Assembly: GCA_963720265.1 (NCBI GenBank)
Contig: CAVRET010000002.1
Location: forward strand, 584,704-648,703
Direction of reading: 5' to 3'
Source: an uncultured bacterium
GTDB taxonomy: Bacteria > Patescibacteriota > Saccharimonadia > UBA4664
Length of the DNA: 64,000 nt
Position numbers and translations under genes: made by a program. The notes under the pieces were generated by a model. The model did not search any database, was not told where the DNA came from, and was given only the letters and a program-made list of their open reading frames with translations. Positions 1 through 10,081 of the stretch are shown one piece after another (the first letter of the stretch is position 1; every line of letters begins with the position of its first letter).

Positions 1-1
1 T

Positions 2-247
2 GAGATCCTAGCGCTCGGCCGGCCCGATGATGTGCTCATGGCCACCGTCTGGAGCCTGGCCGATCCCGTGCTCAGGGGCGTCCTCAGGCAAGCCCGTGCC
101 CACGATCGGGAGCATCACGATAACGGCATCTATCGGGCAGCTTACAACCAGATAGGGCGGCGCTGGCCGGATATTGATGACCGGCTGTGCTACTACGTCC
201 TGATCACAGCCTTCTGGCGGCTAAGTGTCGCGCAGATAAACGTCTGA
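2..247 (+). CDS. 5'-truncated orphan protein, paralog of the next gene
   Basis: Frame is open from the window edge. VWSLADPVLR...DIDDRLCYYV aligns with VWLLANSALR...DDIDYLCLLV in 394..1080. A GC hairpin follows at 259-287. Confidence 0.6.
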   Translation, partial: EILALGRPDDVLMATVWSLADPVLRGVLRQARAHDREHHDNGIYRAAYNQIGRRWPDIDDRLCYYVLITAFWRLSVAQINV

Positions 248-258
248 CGTGATCCCAC

Positions 259-287
259 CGTGGGCTGCCCGTACTGGGCGGCCCACG
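259..287 (+). terminator. GC-rich hairpin after orphan gene
   Basis: CGTGGGCTGCCC-GTACT-GGGCGGCCCACG, 12-bp stem with a G.U pair on the + strand. Confidence 0.5.
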
Positions 288-393
288 TCATGTCTGCGGA
301 CGACCTGCATTGTCTTATCTGACCATATGAATTATGAATAAGATAGCCGAACCAGTTCCGCGCCCGTCGCGGTTGTCATTTTGGAGCACATGT

Positions 394-1080
394 ATGACGC
401 AAACAGCCGTACCCGCAGCACCGTTTACGGCCATCGCCACCCTCGTTCGCTTTTGGGGCGAGGTCGTGGCGACCATCGAATACGCAGTCGCAGGCCTGAA
501 TGCCAACGACGAGCCAACCATCCTGGCCGTAAAAAACCAGGGCCTCATCGCGGCCGGCCGCTACGAGGTCACCGTCTTCCGGGTTGCCCTCCAGCAAGCC
601 TGGTTGAATGCGGGGCTGTCTGAAGCCGAGAAGCGTATGGTGCTCTTGGTCCTCACGTTTGACCAAGGAGGCGAGGCCATCCCCGCGATCTTCCCGGACA
701 CCGAGGAGCACTTCCGGGCCCTGCTCAAACGCATTGTGCCCAACGCAGACATGCTGCCCCGCTTCACCCGAGCTGTCCGGGCGAACCAGTGGAAGCGAGG
801 GAGGGGAGCGGTCGCCCAGCTGCAAACGTTCCAGGCCATTATGCGGCTACCGCGCGGCGACTGGCCGGTGCACGTCTGGCTGCTCGCCAATTCCGCATTG
901 AGGAAACTCCTTGCGGAGGTAATCGAGTACGACCAACAGCAGCACCGAGGCATGCTCGAAAGCCGGGCTCGGTCAGAATTTACGGAGTCGGGGATCCCGG
1001 ACGACATAGACTACCTGTGTCTGCTAGTCTATGTCGTCGCTCGGATCCGGCTGGGTAAAATAACCGCCCGGCGCCAATAA
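394..1080 (+). CDS. hypothetical helical orphan protein
   Basis: Long ORF (track 334..1080). GGAG SD lies before the ATG at 394. Confidence 0.65.
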   Translation: MTQTAVPAAPFTAIATLVRFWGEVVATIEYAVAGLNANDEPTILAVKNQGLIAAGRYEVTVFRVALQQAWLNAGLSEAEKRMVLLVLTFDQGGEAIPAIFPDTEEHFRALLKRIVPNADMLPRFTRAVRANQWKRGRGAVAQLQTFQAIMRLPRGDWPVHVWLLANSALRKLLAEVIEYDQQQHRGMLESRARSEFTESGIPDDIDYLCLLVYVVARIRLGKITARRQ

Positions 1081-1124
1081 AAAAAGCCGGGGGTCATGAT
1101 AACCTCCCAGCTCGCCGAAGCTTG

Positions 1125-1163
1125 ACGGGGATGGCGGGCAGCACGTCCGTCCGCCATCCCCGT
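1125..1163. terminator. hairpin between convergent orphan genes
   Basis: ACGGGGATGGCGG...CCGCCATCCCCGT inverted repeat. Confidence 0.55.
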
Positions 1164-1168
1164 GTCTC

Positions 1169-1657
1169 TCATCCTGTCATCAACTGTATGCGGGTAACCA
1201 CCTTGCCGCGGAACAGAAGGGTAGGGTCGAACTCCACCACGTAACGGTAGAGCTCGCCCGCGGGCCCGCGGTTCATTTGATTGGTGCCGTCATCGGCCTC
1301 CAGCACACAAACCATGGTTTGGGCCGGCAGGCCACTGGCCGTAATGGTGCTGAGGACTGGAATATTCCATTGGTCGCCTACCCATGCGGGGTAACTCTGC
1401 CGCTCGATCTCCTCGATCGAAAGAGACTGCCCCAATAGATTACCGAACTCGCCGGCCAGTGCTTCGAGGCCCTCTCCCTCGTCAAGGTGGGTGAGCGTCA
1501 CCAGCGGCCGGTCAACACCCACGCGGTCGATCTTTGCGACCGCCTCTCTGATCCACCGTTGCTCTTGCGCGGTGAGCAAGACCTCGCGGCTATGCCTTGG
1601 CGCCCACAGCACGTACACAACGATCGTATGGGTCGTCCCATCGCCAGTTGTACTCAA
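1169..1657 (-). CDS. hypothetical protein
   Basis: 162 aa ORF with AGGAG SD before a TTG start and a CATAAT -10 upstream. Confidence 0.6.
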   Translation of the reverse strand: MSTTGDGTTHTIVVYVLWAPRHSREVLLTAQEQRWIREAVAKIDRVGVDRPLVTLTHLDEGEGLEALAGEFGNLLGQSLSIEEIERQSYPAWVGDQWNIPVLSTITASGLPAQTMVCVLEADDGTNQMNRGPAGELYRYVVEFDPTLLFRGKVVTRIQLMTG

Positions 1658-1772
1658 TTGTTCTCCTATTGGTACTCGAACTCCAGACTCGTCCTGATAT
1701 TATGACATAAATCGCTGGTCCAATATGGGTCTCAAGAAAGCAACCAGGCCCTGCCGCGATTCGGCAGGGCCT

Positions 1773-2180
1773 TCAGCGTCTCCACCTCCGCCCAACGCGC
1801 ATAACTGAAAACTCGAGTCCGGCGTCGGCCTCAGGTGCACTTGTTAGTTCGTACACCATTCCGGACGGTACAAACGCCCACTGGGCATAACCCAGGGTAT
1901 ACCGCAGCTCACCCACGATCAGACTGCCACTGCCGCGGATAATGCGCACAGCCGCGCCCCGGCGGCCGGATCGAAACTGGCGACTATGCTCATCCCGCGC
2001 CAGCGGACCGAAGTAGGTGAACGTGTGCCATTTGGCCGTCACCCGCAGGTGATGGATGCCGGTTAGCGCCGCCATGGCCTCGTTCATGCTGCCGGGCTGG
2101 CGATCGTTCCACAACGGGTCTGTTCGTCCTTGTCCAACAATCACCCCGGCATTGGCGGGGCGTGCAGCTTTGCGCCACAT
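1773..2180 (-). CDS. cupin-like beta-barrel protein lacking metal-binding His
   Basis: AAVRIIRGSGSLIVG...WAFVPSGMVYEL follows the cupin strand pattern. AAGGTG SD; hairpin at 1746-1772. Confidence 0.45.
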   Translation of the reverse strand: MWRKAARPANAGVIVGQGRTDPLWNDRQPGSMNEAMAALTGIHHLRVTAKWHTFTYFGPLARDEHSRQFRSGRRGAAVRIIRGSGSLIVGELRYTLGYAQWAFVPSGMVYELTSAPEADAGLEFSVMRVGRRWRR

Positions 2181-2312
2181 GTCGCAGCACCTTTCGTAAT
2201 CCGGTCGCTTACTCAGTGCATGAGTTTATACACAATGTCATATAAATCTAAAAAAGTCCAGGTTCAATAATTGGCCAAACAAACAATTCACCGAACCTGA
2301 GAGAGTATTCTT

Positions 2313-2537
2313 ATGGAAACCGCCAAGGCATCGTGGCTAGCCAAAATCCCCAGCGGCCGCTGGACCAAACGGCTCGTTGTAGCCTTTTTGCTCGGCGTGG
2401 CGGCCATGGCCGGTCCACTAGCAGGCAAGCTCACGGGGGTCGAGCCCAACGATGTTTCGGGTTTTCTCCCAGCCTCAGCCGAGTCTACCGAAGCGCTCAA
2501 AATCCAGGATCAATTTCAATCGCCGCACTTAGCATGA
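2313..2537 (+). pseudogene. N-terminal fragment of an MMPL/RND family transporter
   Basis: GRWTKRLVVAF...GPLAGKLTGVEPND...FLPASAEST resembles the actinobacterial MmpL N-terminus but stops after 74 aa. Confidence 0.6.
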
Positions 2538-2619
2538 TGCCCCGCCCAGACCGCAGGCGTGGCATCATGCTTACCTGCACCCCAGGCGGGGCGATTGAAA
2601 TGATTCGGTCAGTGGCCGC

Positions 2620-3174
2620 TCATGGAGCTACCAGATCGGTCACCAGATCGTCGAGGAGCCGGTCACTGGCCTCGAGACCGCAATGCTCGCGGTGGACCGC
2701 ATAAACCACCATGAACTCTGCCACCATTGTCGCCATGTCCGCGGCTTCCGGTTGAATCCGAATTCCACGGTCATCACGGTCCCAGGCGGCCGTGACAAGA
2801 GCGGCCGCCGAGCGCAGAGCGGCATGCAACGCGTGCGGCTCAGCCTGGCCTTCGCCGTACAGTCCCGCCGTGCGGAGCAGGTCATCGATTACCTCGGTGT
2901 TACTCACCGAGCCGCGGTCAGACCATTCGACGCTGATATTGCGCAGATACCTGATGGGCTCAACGACCACCCTGCCCCGCCCCAGCTCCTGCACCATCCT
3001 TACCGCGAAATTTGATAGCCACTGCGCGGCCAGCATGCTGCGCACAGCGGCGGTCGTCGGTTCAGGATAGTCTCGTAGCGCTGTGAGGAGGGTGTCCGGC
3101 GGCTCGAGGATTGTGGGCGTATAAGGCGCGAACGACCGCTGCCTCAGTTCCCGTGGAACATTATCAAGCCACAT
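2620..3174 (-). CDS. hypothetical helical orphan protein
   Basis: Track ORF 2620..3249. Likely start is MWLDN at 3174, after GGAAGG. Confidence 0.55.
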   Translation of the reverse strand: MWLDNVPRELRQRSFAPYTPTILEPPDTLLTALRDYPEPTTAAVRSMLAAQWLSNFAVRMVQELGRGRVVVEPIRYLRNISVEWSDRGSVSNTEVIDDLLRTAGLYGEGQAEPHALHAALRSAAALVTAAWDRDDRGIRIQPEAADMATMVAEFMVVYAVHREHCGLEASDRLLDDLVTDLVAP

Positions 3175-3349
3175 AAGAATCCTTCCGTCGTGGCCGATTT
3201 TTTGGGCAGGAATTATTAAAACACACATCACGTAATAATGCCAAGCCACACCAAGCGCATCGACGCCCCACCCAGATCAGGCGAAAGCGACGATGCTTGC
3301 CTGCCCCGGGCGGGGCGATTTGGGTCGGCGGCATGTAGCGGTAATCGCG

Positions 3350-3931
3350 TCAGCCCCGGAGGTGCGATACCACGCCCGACAGGCGCGAAGCCGCGAAGTC
3401 GATGTTGAACTTCATACTGCTGCTCGTCGGGCTGTACGTGAAGGTGTCGGTGCGCAGGTCGTAGCCTACGATATACAGCTTGATCCCCGTCGGCGTGACC
3501 ATCAGGAGGTAGCGCTTGGGGATATCGCCGCCCTCGCGGTGGTCGATATGCAGGCCGACGCTGTAGAACAGCTGCTCGCCGTTGCCCTGAAGCTGGCCGA
3601 CCCTGAAGGTCATGCCCCGCAATGGGTATGTGCCGCTGCTGCACCAGGCGCAGTGCAGTGAATCGGCGCACCAATGGGGGCTGCAGAGTAGCAGCAGCTC
3701 ACGCTCGACCAGTAGCAGTGAATCCGCCATCGCCGACTCCCTCACCGGCGTTCGGACCTCGGTGATATCAGGCCGGGCGATAAGCAGCCGGCCGGCCAAG
3801 GCTAGGTCAGGGAGCAGCTGAGCAGTCGCTTCAGCTCCCATAGCGGGAATGAGGTTGATCGGCATCGGCTCTATGCCCTGCAGTAGTGTGTCCAGGGCAG
3901 TCAGCGCTCCGCCGGGTTGTGCTCTGCTCAT
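3350..3931 (-). CDS. hypothetical protein
   Basis: GAGGGG SD before MSRAQ (ATG at 3931); Cys/His cluster CSPHWCADSLHCAWC. Confidence 0.55.
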   Translation of the reverse strand: MSRAQPGGALTALDTLLQGIEPMPINLIPAMGAEATAQLLPDLALAGRLLIARPDITEVRTPVRESAMADSLLLVERELLLLCSPHWCADSLHCAWCSSGTYPLRGMTFRVGQLQGNGEQLFYSVGLHIDHREGGDIPKRYLLMVTPTGIKLYIVGYDLRTDTFTYSPTSSSMKFNIDFAASRLSGVVSHLRG

Positions 3932-4128
3932 CTTGCAGACTTCCCCTCTCCGGTTATCACCGGCTCGTTTCAAACAGCTCTGCCAGATGTGCACAATATA
4001 ATAATTCTTAATACCAGGCAAATTATTGCCCAATCGTCCACAACCAGGCACAATATCTTGCATAACTGTGAGCGTTAGCTCTTCTTTGACCGGAAATGTC
4101 CAAACCCAGATCAATTGAGGTGGTATCC

Positions 4129-4533
4129 ATGCCCGCCAAGCCCGTACCGGAGCTCGCAATCACCATCCCCCGAGTCTTGCGGATCCTCTACATGAGGCTG
4201 CAGACGCCCCCCTGGAATGCTCAGTCGAGACAAGAAAACAAACCCAGCGGGCCCTTCAAGAATGAGGCCCTTGAGCTCTTCCTCCTGCTCTACATCGCTG
4301 GGGGCGAAGGCGGCCACATCAATGGCCCTAACAGCCACAGGCTCGCAACACAGCTCGGTTACGACAGGAAAAACGTCGAAGCCATCACCAAATGGTGGCT
4401 GTACTTCGACTATTGCGGCTACGTTGTCCGGCGCAATCTGTCCGCCGATGACAGGCATCTCTGGTTGCTTCCGGCCGGCCGCGAACGGCTGATCCAGTTG
4501 ATCGCAAAGTACCTGTTGGGGCACCTGGCGTGA
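4129..4533 (+). CDS. winged-helix-like DNA-binding orphan
   Basis: SHRLATQLGYDRK...GYVVRR...LWLLPAGRERL has a MarR-like wing pattern; GAGGTG SD. Confidence 0.5.
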   Translation: MPAKPVPELAITIPRVLRILYMRLQTPPWNAQSRQENKPSGPFKNEALELFLLLYIAGGEGGHINGPNSHRLATQLGYDRKNVEAITKWWLYFDYCGYVVRRNLSADDRHLWLLPAGRERLIQLIAKYLLGHLA

Positions 4534-4694
4534 CGAGTGTCGTATTTAGACGACCAACATCAAAGCCCGGCGCCCCCGAGTAGGGCGCCGGGCAGTCGTA
4601 GGCGCCAAGTAAATCCGCGGCGCCTACGACAGATCCCTTGGGCACCGAACAAACGCCTTGGCACCATCGATGTGCCGGCCGGCTCCGTGGCCGG

Positions 4695-5084
4695 TTAGTG
4701 CACCCACGATTGGCGCGTCAGAATAAGCCCGATCAAGAGTGCGATCGCACCGATGACGGCCCAGCCTGGACTCACGATCGCGGTCGCCACGCCCATGGCC
4801 GCCGACGCGGTGTAGAACAGGAATGCCATCAACAACCAGCGGCGGTTCGTGGGATATCTGGCCACATACAGCAGTACGCCACCGCCAAGCCAGGTCGCCC
4901 CGGCTAGCACCGCCATGTAGCGGTCATTGGGTATCGTGGCGAAGCCGCTGAGGGCTGCGGCGCACACCAAAAAAAACCCGCCAAGCACCAAAGGAGCCGC
5001 ATTCCCTAGCCCCATCCTCTGCGGCGCACCTGCTCCTTGAGTGGTCACGGCCACCTCACTTTCAAAGACGGATCGTGAGCCCAT
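4695..5084 (-). CDS. small 4-TM membrane protein
   Basis: Four hydrophobic segments; start uncertain. Confidence 0.55.
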   Translation of the reverse strand: MGSRSVFESEVAVTTQGAGAPQRMGLGNAAPLVLGGFFLVCAAALSGFATIPNDRYMAVLAGATWLGGGVLLYVARYPTNRRWLLMAFLFYTASAAMGVATAIVSPGWAVIGAIALLIGLILTRQSWVH

Positions 5085-5120
5085 TATAGGCCATCGAACG
5101 TTTCATCTATACTAATATGC

Positions 5121-6044
5121 ATGGCTGCCAAGCGATCTATGGCCTCTTCCGGCATCATTGCCCTAGTAACCGTCGCACTCTTCTATGGTATTACCGCCGT
5201 CCTCGCCCGGTATTTAGCTACCGGCAGCGGCGTATTTGAGCAATGGTATTTGCGCTATGGCATTGCTTTCATTTCGGCTCTTATCATTTTTCACGGCCGC
5301 CTTGATTTCGGGAAGTTCCGCCGGCTGCCCAAAGCCGAATGGCAAATCCTCATATTTCGTTCGCTCGTCGGCGGAGTAGCGGCCGTCGGCCTCTATACGC
5401 TGGCCGCCCAAAATGCCAAAATCGGCGCGGTCGCCTTTATGCAGGCCGTTCCGACCCTGTCGGCCCTGGGTATTCTGCTCATGCACGAAAAACTCACAGC
5501 CCCCAAAGCCGGACTGATCGCCCTGTCGTTTGTGGGCGTGATTATTGCCGCAGTCGAAAACCCCCACGACCTGATGTCGCTTAATATCGGCGAAATCTAC
5601 TCGCTCATCTCCGGTGCCCTGTTTTCGCTCTTTTTCATCACCCGCAAGTGGCACACCGGCGCACTCAATAACCAGGAAATAACCCTAGCCACGTTAGGCC
5701 TTAGTGCAGTCGCAAACTATCTGCTCAGCCTGGTCCTGTACCACCGGCTGTTCCCAGACACTTCCGGCTGGTCGCCGTTCTTTGTGGTCGTGTTGCTGGT
5801 CGCCGGCATCATGGGTGTGGCCAACATTTTCTTACTTAACTTCGGCTTTGAACGAGTCAGCGGCATCATTGCCGGCAACATTATGAATCTCGAACAGCTC
5901 TTCGGCCCCATCTTCGGCTTCATCTTTTATGGCGAAGTGCTGACCGGACGCGAGCTGATCGGCGGCATAATTATTGTCGCCGCCGCCATTGGTATGAACC
6001 GGCTGGGCAATGGCCACGAGCCCGCTGCTGGTGTTCCGGATTAA
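5121..6044 (+). CDS. DMT/EamA family transporter
   Basis: About 10 TM segments in two EamA-like repeats (LMHEKLT, FYGEVLT...GGIII); TATACT 7 nt before the ATG. Confidence 0.85.
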   Translation: MAAKRSMASSGIIALVTVALFYGITAVLARYLATGSGVFEQWYLRYGIAFISALIIFHGRLDFGKFRRLPKAEWQILIFRSLVGGVAAVGLYTLAAQNAKIGAVAFMQAVPTLSALGILLMHEKLTAPKAGLIALSFVGVIIAAVENPHDLMSLNIGEIYSLISGALFSLFFITRKWHTGALNNQEITLATLGLSAVANYLLSLVLYHRLFPDTSGWSPFFVVVLLVAGIMGVANIFLLNFGFERVSGIIAGNIMNLEQLFGPIFGFIFYGEVLTGRELIGGIIIVAAAIGMNRLGNGHEPAAGVPD

Positions 6045-6090
6045 AAGCTGAGAGCCCCCGGACAGCCGGAGGTCCCAGCTTTCCGAAGGC

Positions 6091-6588
6091 TCAAATTGCC
6101 TCTCGACCCACCCACCGGAGCGTGTGCTCGGTCAGATCGAGCTCAAATACCACCACCTCTCCCATTCTGATGGGAAAATCGCCCCATCCCGGTTCTCCTG
6201 CCAGTTTGGCCAGCCATCTGATAGCGGGTAGGTGAGTGCAGAGCAGAACTTCCTCGTAGCCCGCGCACGCCTCAAGCACCTGTTCCAGTGTGGGCCTGTA
6301 CTCCAGCCACCTGGCTTCTTTGGGCTCGCACCTGAGTCCGCCGCAGAGTGCTGCGGCGAGCTGCATGGTCCGCCGGTATCCGGAGTGGAGCACGAGCAGC
6401 GTCTTGCCCAGAAGCGTCTGTGCGAAAAATGCAGCGAGCTGTTCCGCGCGCTGCTGTCCGTCTGCGGTCAGCGGACCTTCCAGCGAATCCGTTATCGCAC
6501 GGTGGTCGTAATCCGGGTGCCGGATTGCGCCAACCCGCACCTTGTTTGCCTTTGCCAATAGTCCTCCCTCCAAGGCGGTTCCGGCCAT
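6091..6588 (-). CDS. SixA-like histidine phosphatase
   Basis: IRHP...LTADGQQRA...HSGYRRTMQ...LCTHLPAI histidine phosphatase motifs. Confidence 0.65.
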   Translation of the reverse strand: MAGTALEGGLLAKANKVRVGAIRHPDYDHRAITDSLEGPLTADGQQRAEQLAAFFAQTLLGKTLLVLHSGYRRTMQLAAALCGGLRCEPKEARWLEYRPTLEQVLEACAGYEEVLLCTHLPAIRWLAKLAGEPGWGDFPIRMGEVVVFELDLTEHTLRWVGREAI

Positions 6589-6763
6589 ATAACTTTACCG
6601 TCATCTCGAAATTTTACAAATCCGCCAACAACCTCAGGGGTGCAGCCTTGGTCTGAGCAATAATAATTTCTAGCAGCTGCATACAGAAGCGGGCGGACAG
6701 CCCCAGCGAGTTCATCGCCGCGGCCGTCCGCCCGTCGCTTCCGCGGTGCTACCGTGTGCCGGG

Positions 6764-7243
6764 CTAAGCCCAGGTCTCCGTCCGCCCGACGTCCTTGTTC
6801 TTCAGCTTCGTGTTCAGAACGTTGCCCCAGACTTCGAGCACCCCTGTCAGGGTGTCGCCGGTGACCTTCAGTCGGGACACCACCTTGCGCACGAAGGGAT
6901 CCGGGACGTGCACCAGCGAGGCAATAGTGTGGTCGCCGGCGAAAACCCCGGCCTTCCGGCGCACCCGGGCCAGTGTGCCCTGCATGACGATCAGGCACAC
7001 GGTTTCCGTCGTGAGGTAGTCAGGCAGCTTGTCGGTGTAGCCCTTGATGACCACGTACGGGCCGTCGGCACTGAAGTGCACCCGCTCGCCGCCCACGCGC
7101 TCGCGCTTGCCCGCCGAGCTGGTCCGGCGGCAGAAGGCCACGGCAAACTTGTCGGCCAGTGTCTCCGGCTCAGGCAGCGCTATTCTGGCAGCCGCCGCCA
7201 GAGCATCGGTGTCGAGATACAGTTTAATCTTGATGCCGCCCAC
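6764..7243 (-). CDS. hypothetical protein
   Basis: 159 aa ORF with AAGGA SD and a GTG start; structured 5' leader; hairpin downstream at about 6687-6742. Confidence 0.55.
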   Translation of the reverse strand: MGGIKIKLYLDTDALAAAARIALPEPETLADKFAVAFCRRTSSAGKRERVGGERVHFSADGPYVVIKGYTDKLPDYLTTETVCLIVMQGTLARVRRKAGVFAGDHTIASLVHVPDPFVRKVVSRLKVTGDTLTGVLEVWGNVLNTKLKNKDVGRTETWA

Positions 7244-7538
7244 TGCACGTCCTTACTACTGCTACATCCGAAGAATTCGGACCGGTTGCTTGTAGTGTGT
7301 CCCCGGTAGCAGCCACGGAGAGCTCTCTGGGCACAAACCATTGCGCCGGGAGAGCTCCCCATAGCAAAAAATGTCAAAGGATGACAGTTATTGTAACATA
7401 AAATTTGTATAATTACAATTGGTAGACCAGGCGACCGAAAATTTACACCTGACTGTTAAGGAGTCCAGGCGCTGGAGACGGATAATAGGCTGCGATTCAA
7501 ACGTTTCAAAACCTAGAAGTCAGGATAAGTTGGGCCGC

Positions 7539-8206
7539 TTACAGACGATAAATGTCCCCATCCACAAATTTCACCACACCGTCACCAATCGCGCTAACCA
7601 TATCACCGTCTACCGCAAGCGCCGTACCATCCGGCAGACCATACACGGTACCTACAAATTCTCGCGTCGCCTCGCCACAATCTCAGTCCGATTGTTATCT
7701 GCGCCGGGCCGATCCAAATGCGATTTTGTGGCAAAGTCCACCAGTTCCAAGTAGCTGGTGAGGGCATAGTCATCACCCTCACCATACAGCTTCTGGAATC
7801 CAGCCTGATTTACCCGTAGGCCCACTATCGCACTTCCCGCACTCGAACCTACGTATACTTTCGTCTCCAGCCATCGCGGCAAACGACGGCTCAAACCTGT
7901 TCTGTTGAACACGTTCATCAAATAGTCGGTGTAGCCTCCGAGCACAAAGAACAGATCGGCAGCCTCAAGCCGATCCATGTATTCCAACTCCGTAAGCGCG
8001 AGTAGATTGACTAGGTCATACACGCCGCCAAAAGCCGCAGCACCTTGAACAAGCTCCCGAACCGCCCAACGGTTACCAACGTCATACACGTAACCTTCGT
8101 TGATGACAGCAATATTGATCTGCTCAGCCGGCTTTCCAACTAAACGGACGGCCGTTTGCGCAATAGCGTCATTTGCAAATCCAGTCGAGGTCAAAAGCAA
8201 CTTCAT
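7539..8206 (-). pseudogene. peptidase E (S51)-like protein, frameshifted near 7670
   Basis: MKLLLTS...GGYT...YVGSSAGS motifs. The expected C-terminus (EFVGTVYGLPDGTALAVDGD...YRL*) continues in another frame to TAA at 7541-7539. Confidence 0.7.
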
Positions 8207-8287
8207 TGCGCCATAATATCGTAAAAGAACAATATAGCAAACATAAAATTGAGGCTTCGCCGAGCCTCAGATAAAACATAAGAGCAA

Positions 8288-8362
8288 TGGTAGCCCCACG
8301 GGGAGTCGAACCCCGGTTGCCAGGATGAAAACCTGGTGTCCTAACCGCTAGACGATGGGGCC
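8288..8362 (-). tRNA. tRNA-Glu(TTC)
   Basis: GGCCCCATCGTCTAGCGGTTAGGACACCAGGTTTTCATCCTGGCAACCGGGGTTCGACTCCCCGTGGGGCTACCA: cloverleaf, TTC anticodon, encoded CCA. Confidence 0.97.
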
Positions 8363-8453
8363 ATATCGAGGCATAGGGCCGTGAACCGTCAAATTCTACC
8401 ATTTTTTGCCCGTTTGCTCAATGCCATAGCATGGCTTATCGTATAAGATAAGC

Positions 8454-9029
8454 ATGAAAGATTTAGACAGCTTTTCTATCGAGTCCGACCAGATCGTGCT
8501 GCTCACCTATCGGGACGGCACCAACCGCCGGGCACTCCGGGCCGATCTGCCTCAATTACTGGCCAAAGCCGATCTCAAACGTGTCCACGCCGCCTATCGC
8601 CTGCGTCACAATTATCGCGACACGCTACCGCCCTGGCTTCGCGCTCTTGCGCTCACGGTTATCGTGCTTAGTGCCGGCCTCGGCAGCATGAAAGTGGTCA
8701 GCACGGTTATACATCCGGCCACGCACACGATACGCCATATTGCCGACACCGCCGGCACGAGCGGTGAAGTGCTCGATGCCAACGCCAATCAACCGTCAGG
8801 TGATAGTGCCACCGCCTCAAATTCCGCCCTCGCCGCACCGTCCGTCCCGCAACCGGCTGTCAATCAGCCGGCCATGCCGAATCTATCCACGCCCGCGCCA
8901 AGCCCCATCAAGCTTCCGCTCGGCGTAACTGTGCCCGCTCCCACCGCACTCGTTCCCACTGTGGTTCAAGCAGTTACCCAGCCGGTCGCACACACGGTTA
9001 CTCATGCTCTGAATTCGCTCGGGCTCTAG
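8454..9029 (+). CDS. single-TM protein with Pro/Ala/Thr-rich extracellular tail
   Basis: TM segment LALTVIVLSAGLG followed by a low-complexity tail. Confidence 0.65.
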   Translation: MKDLDSFSIESDQIVLLTYRDGTNRRALRADLPQLLAKADLKRVHAAYRLRHNYRDTLPPWLRALALTVIVLSAGLGSMKVVSTVIHPATHTIRHIADTAGTSGEVLDANANQPSGDSATASNSALAAPSVPQPAVNQPAMPNLSTPAPSPIKLPLGVTVPAPTALVPTVVQAVTQPVAHTVTHALNSLGL

Positions 9030-9108
9030 ACAAACCATTAATTTCATTCTATAGTCATCATCGAGTCAACGACTCCCTATATCCGTCCGACCGAAGGAGT
9101 ACACGGGT

Positions 9109-9480
9109 ATGACTGATGCACCGTCACGTCCGGGGCAGCAGAGCCTGGACCTCGTCAACAAAACCGATCTCGAGTCGGGGTTCCAGAGCATCTTCCCATC
9201 CGATCCTCTGTCCAGGCTCTTGGTGCCGGGCGGGCTCCGTGCCGCGCTCAGCGCCGTTAGGGCGTACGCCGCTGGCGCCGAGGGGCTCACGGCAGAGCAG
9301 TGCCTGGCAGTTTGCTTGTTCGTCCAGCACAACCAAAACGCCTTGAAGAGCGGCGGCGACCGCGCCCAAGTAGCCCACGAACTGGTCGGGCTCTGCGTCG
9401 CCACCGCCCTGCAGATCCAGGGCGAGATGATCCTGAAGCTCCGCGGCCAAGCCGGCCGTGAGCCCTTCGGCCACCGCTAA
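9109..9480 (+). CDS. hypothetical orphan protein
   Basis: AAGGAG SD; 123 aa; hairpin at about 9520-9560 downstream. Confidence 0.55.
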   Translation: MTDAPSRPGQQSLDLVNKTDLESGFQSIFPSDPLSRLLVPGGLRAALSAVRAYAAGAEGLTAEQCLAVCLFVQHNQNALKSGGDRAQVAHELVGLCVATALQIQGEMILKLRGQAGREPFGHR

Positions 9481-9590
9481 CGGTGCGAACCTGCTGAAGC
9501 AGGCGGGCACGTACCGCCACCGGCCGGGAGGGTGCGATCATGCACCCACCCGGCCCGGCCGCAAATTACGTTGCAATTATTCATAAACGG

Positions 9591-10076
9591 AAAACGGGGC
9601 CTCACCAAAAGTGGCGAGGACCCCGAAAGAAAGGGGAGATTGGCCCGAGCATAGCCCAGGTTACTCGGGCCACCCCCGCGACGCGTTACCCGTGGTTCCT
9701 AGGCACCGTCTGGATCCTGTGCACCTCGACTCATCAGAGGCTGCACATGACGGTATTGCCCGTCGGGCGATGATGCGGCCGCGTTTTCAGATTTTGCGCA
9801 CCAGTAGCCAGTACATCAGCGACCGGATCCTAGGTACCTCTTGCACCCCCCGCGTTCGGAGGCTGCCCAAATCGGGCCCCTGGAGGCATCAGGGTTTTTG
9901 GGTGTAAGGGATATTTGGTCGGCGCAGGGCACGACTCCTTCTCCCTTGCGCGCAAGGCCATCTGCAGAATTATCCTGCACAATCAGCCTCACCCAGGCAG
10001 TAATTCCCAGGTCACGAACCCGGCGAACTCTACACTCGCGCGCCAGCTCGAGACTAAGATTATCCTCGAAAGGACC
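9591..10076 (-). ncRNA. putative large structured ncRNA (about 490 nt), class unknown
   Basis: Promoter TTGACA-17-TATACT upstream; 5' GUCCU-UUCG-AGGAU hairpin; nested helices; terminator hairpin + U tract at 9591-9625; no credible ORF. Confidence 0.65.
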
Positions 10077-10081
10077 CCGGC

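Noticed and set aside
8288-8362. tRNA-Glu as a prophage/island attachment site
   Set aside because: No integrase and no duplicated tRNA 3' end were noticed in the window.
9725-9745. Hammerhead core CUGAUGA on the minus strand
   Set aside because: It sits in a simple hairpin loop with no stem II followed by GAAA.
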